Origin: an uncultured Actinomycetes bacterium | GTDB taxonomy: Bacteria; Actinomycetota; Actinomycetes; S36-B12; CAIYMF01 | NCBI GenBank assembly: GCA_963843975.1 | Contig: CAWJMG010000001.1 | Coordinates: 1,080,001-1,112,000 of the forward strand | Reading direction: 5' to 3' | Length of the DNA: 32,000 nucleotides | In this document: piece after piece, positions 17,064-24,999 of the stretch | How positions within the stretch are numbered: position 1 is the first letter of the stretch | How the letters are laid out: each line of letters opens with the position of its first letter | Program-made: the position numbers and the translations under genes | The notes under the pieces: model-generated | Databases searched by the model: none | Seen by the model: the letters and a program-made list of their open reading frames with translations, nothing else | What the model was told of the DNA's origin: nothing

Positions 17064-17401
17064 GAGACCTTGCGCCGTCCCGCCTTCAGCTCCTTGCGGA
17101 GCCCGGCCTGGTCGTCGATCACGTCGAGCAGGATCGTCCGCGCGGCGAGCAGCAGGTCGCGCGTCTCCGGTGCGGTGATCGCGTAGAACACCTGGCCGTC
17201 GCGGCGGTGCTGGGCGACGAGACCGGTGCGGCGCAGCGCCGCGAGCTGGTGCGAGAGGTTGCTCGGCTCGATCTCGATCTCGGCGAGCAGCTCGTGGACG
17301 GCGTAGTCGCGCTCGGAGAGCAGCTCGAGGACCCGGATCCGCGCGGGGTGGCCGAGTGTGCGGAAGAACTCGGCCTTGGCCTCGTACAGCGGCTTCGTCA
17401 T
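17060..17401 (-). CDS. ArsR/SmtB family transcriptional regulator
   Basis: 113 aa. FFRTLGHPARIRVLELL...HELLAEIEIEPSNLSHQLAALRRTGLV. Its TGA overlaps the SulP GTG start (GTGA). Confidence 0.85.
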   Translation of the reverse strand: MTKPLYEAKAEFFRTLGHPARIRVLELLSERDYAVHELLAEIEIEPSNLSHQLAALRRTGLVAQHRRDGQVFYAITAPETRDLLLAARTILLDVIDDQAGLRKELKAGRRKVS

Positions 17402-17445
17402 CGGACCTCCGTGTCGTCGGAAGCGACATTAGCACTTGAACAACT

Positions 17446-17459
17446 GTTCATGCTTTCGC
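17446..17459. promoter_or_regulatory. TGAACA-AC-TGTTCA inverted repeat; candidate ArsR/SmtB operator
   Basis: Perfect 6-2-6 palindrome 45-58 nt upstream of the arsR-like ATG. It overlaps an AT-richer stretch with TAATGT on the minus strand. Confidence 0.5.
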
Positions 17460-17503
17460 ATCGAAGGCTCCTCCCCGGGGAGGGCCCGCTGACACCTCCC
17501 CGC

Positions 17504-17523
17504 ATGACCGGTCATCCGGATGA
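17504..17523. promoter_or_regulatory. Composite symmetric element ATGA-CCGG-TCAT-CCGG-ATGA (two overlapping perfect 12-bp palindromes)
   Basis: Both ATGACCGGTCAT (17504-17515) and TCATCCGGATGA (17512-17523) are perfect palindromes. Confidence 0.35.
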
Positions 17524-17528
17524 CGCAC

Positions 17529-17546
17529 ATTGACTACCTTCCGTGA
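17529..17546 (+). repeat. Direct repeat copy 1: ATTGACTACCTTCCGTGA
   Basis: 16 of 18 identical to copy 2, which lies 107 bp downstream. Confidence 0.5.
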
Positions 17547-17635
17547 TGGCTCCCTCTCTTTCTGCTCACCATAGGCGAGGAAGGGTCCCCTTATTCATCC
17601 GATCGAGGGATGACATCGGGGCTCCGACGCCCGAG

Positions 17636-17653
17636 ATTGACTACCTACGGTGA
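17636..17653 (+). repeat. Direct repeat copy 2: ATTGACTACCTACGGTGA, 30 nt upstream of the response-regulator start
   Basis: Shares ATTGACTACCT-x-C-x-GTGA with copy 1. Contains a TTGACT -35-like hexamer. Confidence 0.5.
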
Positions 17654-17682
17654 ACCACCACCGCCGGTACTGAGGGGTACCT

Positions 17683-18348
17683 ATGACGTGGATCCTGGTC
17701 ATCGACGACGAGCCGGGGATCGTCAGGTTCGTGAGTCGCGCGCTGATCGCCGCCGGCTACGACGTCGAGACAGCAAGCAACGGTGTCGACGGGCTGCGCC
17801 GCGCCTCCGAGCAGCGGTTCGACCTGATCACCCTCGACCTGCGCCTTCCGGGGCTGGGCGGGATGGCCGTGCTGACGGCGCTGATGGAGCAGGACCCGGG
17901 CAACCGCGTCCTCGTGCTCTCGGCGGCCGAGGGCGTGCAGGAGCGGGTCCGGTGCCTCGAGAGCGGTGCCGCAGACTTCCTGGCCAAGCCGTTCGCGGTG
18001 GCCGAGCTGCTCGCACGCATCAAGTCGCGGCTCCCTGCACCGACCGGCCAGCCCGCCGCCCCGACCATCGAGACGGGTCGCGTGCAGCTCGACCCACACC
18101 GGCGGACGGTGACCGCCGACGGGCGGGTCATCGAGCTGTCGGCGCGGGAGTACCGCGTCCTCGTCCACCTCATGACCCGGGCCGACCGGGCGTGCTCACG
18201 CCAGGAGCTGCTGTCCGAGGTCTGGGGGCTCGCCTTCGACCCAGGCAGCAACGTCGTGGACGTATGCGTCGCACGCCTGCGCGCGAAGCTTGCCGGGGCT
18301 CACATCCAGACGGTGCGCAATGTCGGTTATGCCTTCGTCTCGGCGTGA
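17683..18348 (+). CDS. OmpR/PhoB-family two-component response regulator
   Basis: 221 aa. Receiver domain (VIDDEPG, LITLDLRLPG, AKPF) and winged-helix output (LSAREYRVLVHLM...VRNVGYAF). Confidence 0.9.
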   Translation: MTWILVIDDEPGIVRFVSRALIAAGYDVETASNGVDGLRRASEQRFDLITLDLRLPGLGGMAVLTALMEQDPGNRVLVLSAAEGVQERVRCLESGAADFLAKPFAVAELLARIKSRLPAPTGQPAAPTIETGRVQLDPHRRTVTADGRVIELSAREYRVLVHLMTRADRACSRQELLSEVWGLAFDPGSNVVDVCVARLRAKLAGAHIQTVRNVGYAFVSA

Positions 18349-19399
18349 CGACGGCCTCCTGGCCGCGTTCCTCGTCTTCGCCGGGATCTGCCTGCTGGTG
18401 ATGGCCTTCGTGCCCGGTCAGGTCACGGTGCCCTACCACCTTCTCTTCCTCAGCCTCACCCTCGTCTACGGCTACGCGCTCTGGCCGGCGCGCCGCACGG
18501 TCGCTCTCCTCCTGCTGGTCACCGTGGCGACCGGATTCATGCTCACGCGGCTGGCGATGACCGGTGAGATCGAGTGGGAGGAGTGCACGGAGATCGTGCT
18601 CATGCCCGCGATCTTCCTGGGCATGCTCTGGCACTCGCAGCGGCAGCTGCAGGCGCGCGAGCGCATGGCGACGGTCGCCATCGAGCAACGCGCCCTCCTC
18701 GATCACGAACGACAGTTCATCCAGGAGACCTCGCACGCGATCCGTACGCCTGTGACCGTGGCGCGCGGGCACCTCGACCTCGCCCTCGAGCACGTCAGCG
18801 ATCCGCAGGCCCGCGGCGACCTCGAGGTCGTCGCCCTGCAGCTCGAGCGCATCGCCAAGCTCGCCGGGACCCTGATGGCGTTGAAGGAGCTGGGCAACCC
18901 GAACCAGCACGACCGACACACGGTAGACGTCGCGGACGTCGTGGCCGCCGCCGCGCGCCGCTGGTCCAAGACGGCCGACCGCGACTGGCAGATCCTCGCG
19001 CCGGCCGGTGCCGTCGCCCTGGTGGACGAGCACACGCTCGAGCTGGCGCTGGACGCACTGCTGGAGAACGCCGTCCGCTTCACCGAGCCGGGCGACGTCG
19101 TCCGGGTGAGCGTCGCGTGGCTCAACGGCCGGGTCGAGGTGGAGGTCGCCGACTCCGGCCCTGGCGTGCCTCAGGCCGACCGCATCCATGTCTTCGACCG
19201 CTTCTGGCACGGGGAGTACCAGGCCGGTGGTCAGGGTTCAGGTCTCGGCCTGGCTCTCGTGCAGGCTGTCGCAGAGGCGCACGGCGGCACCGCCCGCGTC
19301 GCGGACTCCGACCTCGGCGGGGCGTCGTTCACCCTCGAGCTGCCCACTCCGGTGCTCCCGCGCGTCACCGTCGACAGCGAGGCACCCGGGATCGTCTAG
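18329..19399 (+). CDS. Sensor histidine kinase, membrane-embedded type with no sizeable extracytoplasmic domain
   Basis: H-box ETSHAIRTPVT, LLENAVRFT, DSGPGVP, GSGLGLALV. About four N-terminal TM helices. The start is uncertain (in-frame candidates at 18290, 18320 and 18329), and it overlaps the regulator's 3' end. Confidence 0.85.
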   Translation: MPSSRRDDGLLAAFLVFAGICLLVMAFVPGQVTVPYHLLFLSLTLVYGYALWPARRTVALLLLVTVATGFMLTRLAMTGEIEWEECTEIVLMPAIFLGMLWHSQRQLQARERMATVAIEQRALLDHERQFIQETSHAIRTPVTVARGHLDLALEHVSDPQARGDLEVVALQLERIAKLAGTLMALKELGNPNQHDRHTVDVADVVAAAARRWSKTADRDWQILAPAGAVALVDEHTLELALDALLENAVRFTEPGDVVRVSVAWLNGRVEVEVADSGPGVPQADRIHVFDRFWHGEYQAGGQGSGLGLALVQAVAEAHGGTARVADSDLGGASFTLELPTPVLPRVTVDSEAPGIV

Positions 19400-19513
19400 G
19401 GCAGCCGCCTGCTCGCATCGCATCGCATCGCCCGTCGGTCATGGATCGACGGGCTATATCGCATGGGGCAGTTGGTGACTCGCCGACTCGCCCAGGAGTG
19501 GATGACAGACGCA

Positions 19514-19527
19514 TGACAGAGCTGTCA
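19514..19527. promoter_or_regulatory. Palindrome TGACAG-AG-CTGTCA upstream of the giant secreted-protein gene
   Basis: Perfect 6-2-6 inverted repeat. ATGACAGA is also directly repeated at 19502-19509 and 19513-19520. It lies about 85-98 nt upstream of the ATG at 19612. Confidence 0.4.
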
Positions 19528-19611
19528 CGTACGCGGAAGACCGCGTGAAGCCACCTACGTTCGCCACCACTGGCCGGAATCCGCGGCCAGCCCGGCCTAC
19601 CTGGGGGCGAC

Positions 19612-22600
19612 ATGTTCTCGACCCGGACCAACGCCCGCCGCACCGCGGCGGCGCCGATCGTCGTGCTCACGCTCCTGCTGGGGCTGACGCCGGCACTCGT
19701 CGTCGGCGCGAGCGCCCCCGCGGCCGCCGCCACCTTCGGCGACCTGCGCGTCAAGGTCGTGACCGCACGGGCGATGGGCTCGTTGGCCGCGGGAGCAGCC
19801 ATCGACCCGGCCGCCACCTACACCTGGCTCATCACGGCTGACGATGCCGGCAACCCCGACCAGCAGCTCTCCGCGTGCCAGGCCTCCAACCCCGGCTACC
19901 CCGAGAGCTGCGCGTGGCCGTCGATCCGTCAGACCCCGGGCGCTGTGCCGATCGTCGCGCAGGGCACGCGGGCGGACCTCAACGCCACCAAGGCCCTGGC
20001 CGGCCTCCCCGCAGGCAAGTACCTCATCTCGGTGCTCGCGGACGGATACACGCTGGGCGGCAAGCACTTCACGATGCCGCTGTCCGCGCCCGTCCTCGAC
20101 GTCCCTGTGCAGCCGAACCCCGTCCCCCTGGGCACCATGCGCATCCGCGTCTTCCACGACAACGCGCCCGTCGACGGCACCTACGAGGCAGGTTCGGAGA
20201 CCGGTCAGCAGGGCAACCCCACCAACAACCTCTCGGGGTTCGAGGCCCACCTCAGCGACGTCCTGGGCGAGGTCACGACCGACTGGTACGGCAACCCGCT
20301 GTGCACCAACTACCGGCACGACGGCAACGGCCGCGTCGTGTTCGACGCCGGGTCGCCCGTCATCAACGCGACCAACCCCGGTGGTCGCTGCCTGAGCAAC
20401 GCCGTAGGCGACATCGTCGTCCCCAACCTCGGCAGCAACCGCTACGGCGTGACCCTGAGCAAGCCGGCGAACAAGGCCTCGTGGGTGCAGACCACGACGC
20501 TGGAGGGCGCGCACGACCACGACGTGTGGGTCATCAACGGCGACAACGGCCTGGACTCCGAGCTCGTCGTCGGCGGCGAGCCGGTGCCGTGGGTGCAGTT
20601 CGGCTACATCGAGCAGCGCCCCATGCGCAGCTCCACCGCAGTCGCGCACGTGAAGGGCCAGATCCTGGAGGGCCTCGCCTACGTCGGCGGCAACGGCGGC
20701 GTCACCATGCCCGGTGGGACCGGCACGGCCGGCGGCAAGGAGGGGCGGCCGATCGACCGCCCGTGGATCTCCCTGTCCGATCTCGGCAACGGCGACCAGA
20801 TGGTCTACACCGGCCGCGGCAACACGGACGGCACCTTCGACATCGCCCGCGTGCCGGACGGCACGTACCAGCTCACCGCGTGGGACGACGCACAGGACTA
20901 CATCCTCTTCAGCTTCAACGTAACCGTCGACAACCAGGTCAGCGTGGACACCGGCAAGAACTACCTGTCGGGCTGGATGACGCGGCTGTACGGCACCGTC
21001 TTCATCGACACCAACGAGAACGGCGTCCGGGACCCCGGCGAGCAGGGCGTGCCCGGCACCGCCGTGACCCTCCGCGAGCGCGACAACTCGCTCATGGACC
21101 AGTTCACCAACACCGCGACGACCGACAGCAAGGGCAACTACTCGATCGCCGAGGCGTACCCGCTCACGCGCTGGCTGATCCTCGAGCACTTCAACACGCG
21201 CTACTACGGCACCGGCGTCACGGTGCAGGGCGAGAACGACCCCACGCCCACGACGTTCCGCGGCGCGGCGGTCGACATCAACGTCCTGCCGGTCCTCGGC
21301 CTCGGCGGCCGCATCGACTGGGGGGTCAAGCCCTACGCCCCCGGCACCAACGGCGGGATCGTCGGCACCGTCTCGTACGACACCACGCGCAACGAGCTCG
21401 ACCCGGCGTACGCCGTGGCCGAGGACTACCAGCCGGGCGTGCCTGGGATCGGCGTGAACCTGTACGGGATCGAGAAGGACACGCGGGCCACCATCACCGA
21501 CCCCAACGACCCCTCGGCGACCATCCCCAACCCGGACTTCGGGATGCCGATTCTCGACAGCCGCGGGCTCCCCGTCCGCGGGCCGAAGCTCGCCGACACC
21601 TACACCTCCGAGACGTGGGAGGCCCCGAAGGGCTGCACCGCTCGGCAGTGGGACGGGAGCGAGCGCACGGGTCTCGGCTTCATCCCGGCATCCGGCCTCG
21701 CCGCGAACAAGACCTGCGTCGAGTCGCCGGCCATGGGCGTCCAGGTCCGTCCCGCCGACACGACCCAGGACGCCTGGGGCCAGACGGTGAACGGCAACTA
21801 CGGCTTCGCCGACTCCGACCTCAACCTCTACCTCCCCGGCGACCCGGACAACCCCGGCTACCCCGAGGGCTACGCGGCCGCCCACCCCGACGAGTGCGCG
21901 AACATCGCGACCCCCGAGGTCACGTGCGCACCGGGCGCCAACGACCTCCCGCTCTACGCCGATCTCGCGGCGTACGGCTACGACCCCCAGGCGCTCACGC
22001 CTGACGACTACGTGGTCGCGGTCGACATCCCCGACAACCCCGTCGGCGGCGGGAAGATGTACCAGGTCACCCGCGAGCAGGACGTCAACGTCTTCGACGG
22101 CGACTCGTACCTCCCCTCGGAGAACTTCCCCGTCACGAACGACCCGACGACCAACCCGCCGGTCATCAACGGTGGCAACACCGACGCTCCGACCGAGCCC
22201 CCGACGCAGGGCGGCGGGCTGGGCCTGTCGCCGTGCATCGGTGCGGACCAGACGGTCGACGTCACCAACCCGAACTTCCTCGACAACGGCGGCAGCCCGT
22301 TCCAGGGCCAGGCACGCCCGCTGTGCGACGAGAAGCTCGTGACGCTGCGCGGCCAGTCCGCGGTTGCGCCGACGTTCACGATGTTCACGCAGACGCCGCT
22401 GCCCACGCACTTCTGGGGTCTCACGATCAACGACCTCGGCCTCACGTGGGACAAGCGGAGCATCCAGTACGGCGAGGCGCAGGGCATCCCCGGCGTCCCC
22501 ATGGGCATCTACGACTTCAGCGGTCGTCTGATCGACACCGTGAAGACGGACTTCAACGGCTTCTACGAGGCCATCGAGCCCTCGACGTCGTCGTACAACT

Positions 22601-24999
22601 GCCCGACCCCGGCAGGTCCCTGCGCCGGCATGTACCGGTTCGTCGGCAACGACCCCGGTCAGCCAGGAGCACCGAACGCCAACTACAACCCGCGCTACCG
22701 CACGATCGCCACGAACTTCCAGGCGTACCCGGGCCTGTTCACGGTGACGGACACCGCACCGACGCAGACCGGTGCCGTGGCGATCACCCCGGGCACCACC
22801 ACGCCCGTCCCCGTCAACTGCGCAGTGAGCGCGACGACACCCGAGGTCTTCGCGGTCGACAAGGTCGTGGTCAAGGGCAGTGACGGCACTGCAGCCCGGA
22901 CGGTCACGGTCAACGGCCAGGGATTCGGTACGTTCACGTCCGGCTCGCGGGTCGAGCTCGTCCGCACCGACGGCACGGTGATCAACGCGACGTCGGTCTC
23001 GAGCTGGACCGGTACGCAGATCAAGTTCGTCGTCCCGAACACCGTCTCGATCATCCTGCCCCTCTACGGACCGCTCCAGCTGCGCATCCGCAACGCGAGC
23101 GGCAACTACTCGAGCAGCGCCGTCACGATCCACGAGACCCGCGGCCTCCTCTACGACCCTGCGGTCCGCGAGGTCGGCCCGGGCAAGACGTTCGCCACGA
23201 TCCAGGCCGCCATCGCCAACGGGGTCCCGGCGGCGGACGTCGCTCGGGAGTACGCTTTCGGACGGCTGATCGTCGTCTACCCGGGCACGCCGACCGCGTT
23301 CAACCCTGACGGTGCGTACCAGCAGAACGTCGTCATGAATCGCAGGGTCAAGCTGCAGGGCTTCGGTCCTGGCGGTATCCAGGCCGACGGGACGCACGTG
23401 CGCGGCACCGTGATCAGCGGCGCGGCCTATGACGCGGACGGCGCCTCGGGTGCGGCCTGGGCCGCCCTCGCAGCGGGTCGCCACGCGGGCCCGGCAGGTG
23501 TGCCGGACGGTGCCGTGGTGACGGTCCTCCCGACCACGACCGAGCAGTTCCGGACGAACCTCCCGCTGCAGAGCGCCCTCGGCAACGCCGCGATCGACGG
23601 CTTCCGGATCACGGGCGGCTACCAGTCCGACGTCGGCGTCGCGCCGAACGTCATCGGCGGGAACCGCACGGGGTACGGCGCACCAGGCGCGACGGTCTCG
23701 CAGGGCGGCGGAATCTACGTGCACGCCTCCGCGACCAACCTCCGCCTGTCCAACAACCTGGTCATCGGCAACGGCGGCTCGTACGCCGGCGGTATCCGAG
23801 TCGGCACGCCGTACGCCACCGTGAGCGACAACCAGAACGACAACGTCGTGATCGCCTACAACCGCATCCGCGACAACGGCGGCACGAACCTCGCCGGCGG
23901 CATCGGGATCTTCACCGGCACCCAGAACTACGTCGTCGACCACAACGACATCTGCGGCAACTTCTCGCAGGAGTACGGCGCGGGCATCAGCCAGTACGGG
24001 TTCAGCCCCGGTGGCCGGATCACCGCGAACCGCGTGTGGTTCAACGAGTCGTACGACGAGGGAGCCGGCATCTTCCTTGCCGGCGAGCTCCCCGCCAACC
24101 CGGACGACGCGTCGGCCGGCACGGGCGAGGAGACGATCTCCGGCAACACGATCGTCGCCAACAGCGCCAACGACGACGGCGGCGGCATCCGGCTCCTGCA
24201 GGTGGGGAACTACCCCACCAGCGGGCCCGGCAGCCGTCCGGCGGCCCAGCGCATCGGCTACCTGATCCGCATCGACAACAACATCGTGGCGGACAACGTG
24301 TCGACCCACGAGGGCGGTGGCATCGCCCTCGACGACGCGGCCAACGTCCAGATCGTGTCCAACACGGTGGCACGCAACATCACGACGGCCACCGCCGTGA
24401 CGAGCGACGGCACTCCCGCCCCGGCGGGCCTGTCGACCGGCGCCAACAGCACCCAGCTGCAGGCGACCCTGCCGGTCGGGGCGTCGACCTGGAGCAACCC
24501 GGTGCTGCTCGGCAACATCTTCTGGCAGAACGCTGCCGGCACCTGGGACGGCATGAACGTCAACGGGATCGGCATCGGCGGGGCCGCCGACCTGAACTTC
24601 TGGGACATGGGGTCCACGGACGGCTCCGGTCCGCTGACACCCAGGTTCGGGGTCATGACGAACCTCCACGCAGGAGTCACCGTCGACGCGACGAACGTCC
24701 TGTCGCCTGGCAACACTGTCGGCTTCGTGAACCCGTACAGCGTCTCGGTGGACGTGTCCACGCTGCGGGCGTTCCCGGGATTCCGGCAGTCGGTGATCGT
24801 CGTGAACAACGTTGCTCCCGACGTCCAGGGCAGCTACCGCATCGCGGCGGGGAGCACCGCGATCAACGTCGGCCGTGCCGCAGCGCTCTACGGGCCGCTG
24901 ACGGTGACCGCTCCGAGCACCGACATCGACGGGACCGTGCGCTACGCGGGCACCGCCACCACCACCACGCAGATCGATGCAGGAGCTGACGAGCGATGA
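19612..24999 (+). CDS. Giant secreted multidomain protein (1795 aa): signal peptide, SdrD-B/Cna-B-like and carboxypeptidase-regulatory-like beta-sandwich domains, IPT/TIG-like domain, C-terminal right-handed parallel beta-helix (PbH1 repeats)
   Basis: N-terminal signal RRTAAAPIVVLTLLLGLTPALVVGASAPAAA. GTVFIDTNENGVRDPGEQGVPGTAVTL...DSKGNY at about 20990-21150. TIG-like VVVKGSDG...VTVNGQGFG...IKFVVPN at about 22860-23040. GGGIYV/SNNLVIGNGG/GGIRV/NRIRDNGG/GGIGIF/GAGI/GGGIRL/GGGIAL repeats at about 23560-24400. Terminal STAINVG...TDIDGTVR...IDAGADE motif. Confidence 0.8.
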   Translation: MFSTRTNARRTAAAPIVVLTLLLGLTPALVVGASAPAAAATFGDLRVKVVTARAMGSLAAGAAIDPAATYTWLITADDAGNPDQQLSACQASNPGYPESCAWPSIRQTPGAVPIVAQGTRADLNATKALAGLPAGKYLISVLADGYTLGGKHFTMPLSAPVLDVPVQPNPVPLGTMRIRVFHDNAPVDGTYEAGSETGQQGNPTNNLSGFEAHLSDVLGEVTTDWYGNPLCTNYRHDGNGRVVFDAGSPVINATNPGGRCLSNAVGDIVVPNLGSNRYGVTLSKPANKASWVQTTTLEGAHDHDVWVINGDNGLDSELVVGGEPVPWVQFGYIEQRPMRSSTAVAHVKGQILEGLAYVGGNGGVTMPGGTGTAGGKEGRPIDRPWISLSDLGNGDQMVYTGRGNTDGTFDIARVPDGTYQLTAWDDAQDYILFSFNVTVDNQVSVDTGKNYLSGWMTRLYGTVFIDTNENGVRDPGEQGVPGTAVTLRERDNSLMDQFTNTATTDSKGNYSIAEAYPLTRWLILEHFNTRYYGTGVTVQGENDPTPTTFRGAAVDINVLPVLGLGGRIDWGVKPYAPGTNGGIVGTVSYDTTRNELDPAYAVAEDYQPGVPGIGVNLYGIEKDTRATITDPNDPSATIPNPDFGMPILDSRGLPVRGPKLADTYTSETWEAPKGCTARQWDGSERTGLGFIPASGLAANKTCVESPAMGVQVRPADTTQDAWGQTVNGNYGFADSDLNLYLPGDPDNPGYPEGYAAAHPDECANIATPEVTCAPGANDLPLYADLAAYGYDPQALTPDDYVVAVDIPDNPVGGGKMYQVTREQDVNVFDGDSYLPSENFPVTNDPTTNPPVINGGNTDAPTEPPTQGGGLGLSPCIGADQTVDVTNPNFLDNGGSPFQGQARPLCDEKLVTLRGQSAVAPTFTMFTQTPLPTHFWGLTINDLGLTWDKRSIQYGEAQGIPGVPMGIYDFSGRLIDTVKTDFNGFYEAIEPSTSSYNCPTPAGPCAGMYRFVGNDPGQPGAPNANYNPRYRTIATNFQAYPGLFTVTDTAPTQTGAVAITPGTTTPVPVNCAVSATTPEVFAVDKVVVKGSDGTAARTVTVNGQGFGTFTSGSRVELVRTDGTVINATSVSSWTGTQIKFVVPNTVSIILPLYGPLQLRIRNASGNYSSSAVTIHETRGLLYDPAVREVGPGKTFATIQAAIANGVPAADVAREYAFGRLIVVYPGTPTAFNPDGAYQQNVVMNRRVKLQGFGPGGIQADGTHVRGTVISGAAYDADGASGAAWAALAAGRHAGPAGVPDGAVVTVLPTTTEQFRTNLPLQSALGNAAIDGFRITGGYQSDVGVAPNVIGGNRTGYGAPGATVSQGGGIYVHASATNLRLSNNLVIGNGGSYAGGIRVGTPYATVSDNQNDNVVIAYNRIRDNGGTNLAGGIGIFTGTQNYVVDHNDICGNFSQEYGAGISQYGFSPGGRITANRVWFNESYDEGAGIFLAGELPANPDDASAGTGEETISGNTIVANSANDDGGGIRLLQVGNYPTSGPGSRPAAQRIGYLIRIDNNIVADNVSTHEGGGIALDDAANVQIVSNTVARNITTATAVTSDGTPAPAGLSTGANSTQLQATLPVGASTWSNPVLLGNIFWQNAAGTWDGMNVNGIGIGGAADLNFWDMGSTDGSGPLTPRFGVMTNLHAGVTVDATNVLSPGNTVGFVNPYSVSVDVSTLRAFPGFRQSVIVVNNVAPDVQGSYRIAAGSTAINVGRAAALYGPLTVTAPSTDIDGTVRYAGTATTTTQIDAGADER

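Noticed and set aside
15474-17186. 570-aa plus-strand ORF over the SulP gene
   Set aside because: It is antisense to a transporter with clear TM and STAS features, and its translation is Asp/Glu/Arg/His-rich with no motifs.
19414-19431. Pentanucleotide microsatellite (CGCAT)x3 after the kinase gene
   Set aside because: It is too short to call a functional repeat or a phase-variation tract, and it lies in non-coding DNA with no obvious promoter spacing role.
19597-24669. 1690-aa ORF on the minus strand, antisense to the giant secreted-protein gene
   Set aside because: It is Arg/Gly/Asp/Val-rich low-complexity translation with no recognisable motifs. It lies exactly antisense to a gene with clear domain content. 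Long stop-free antisense frames are expected at this GC content.
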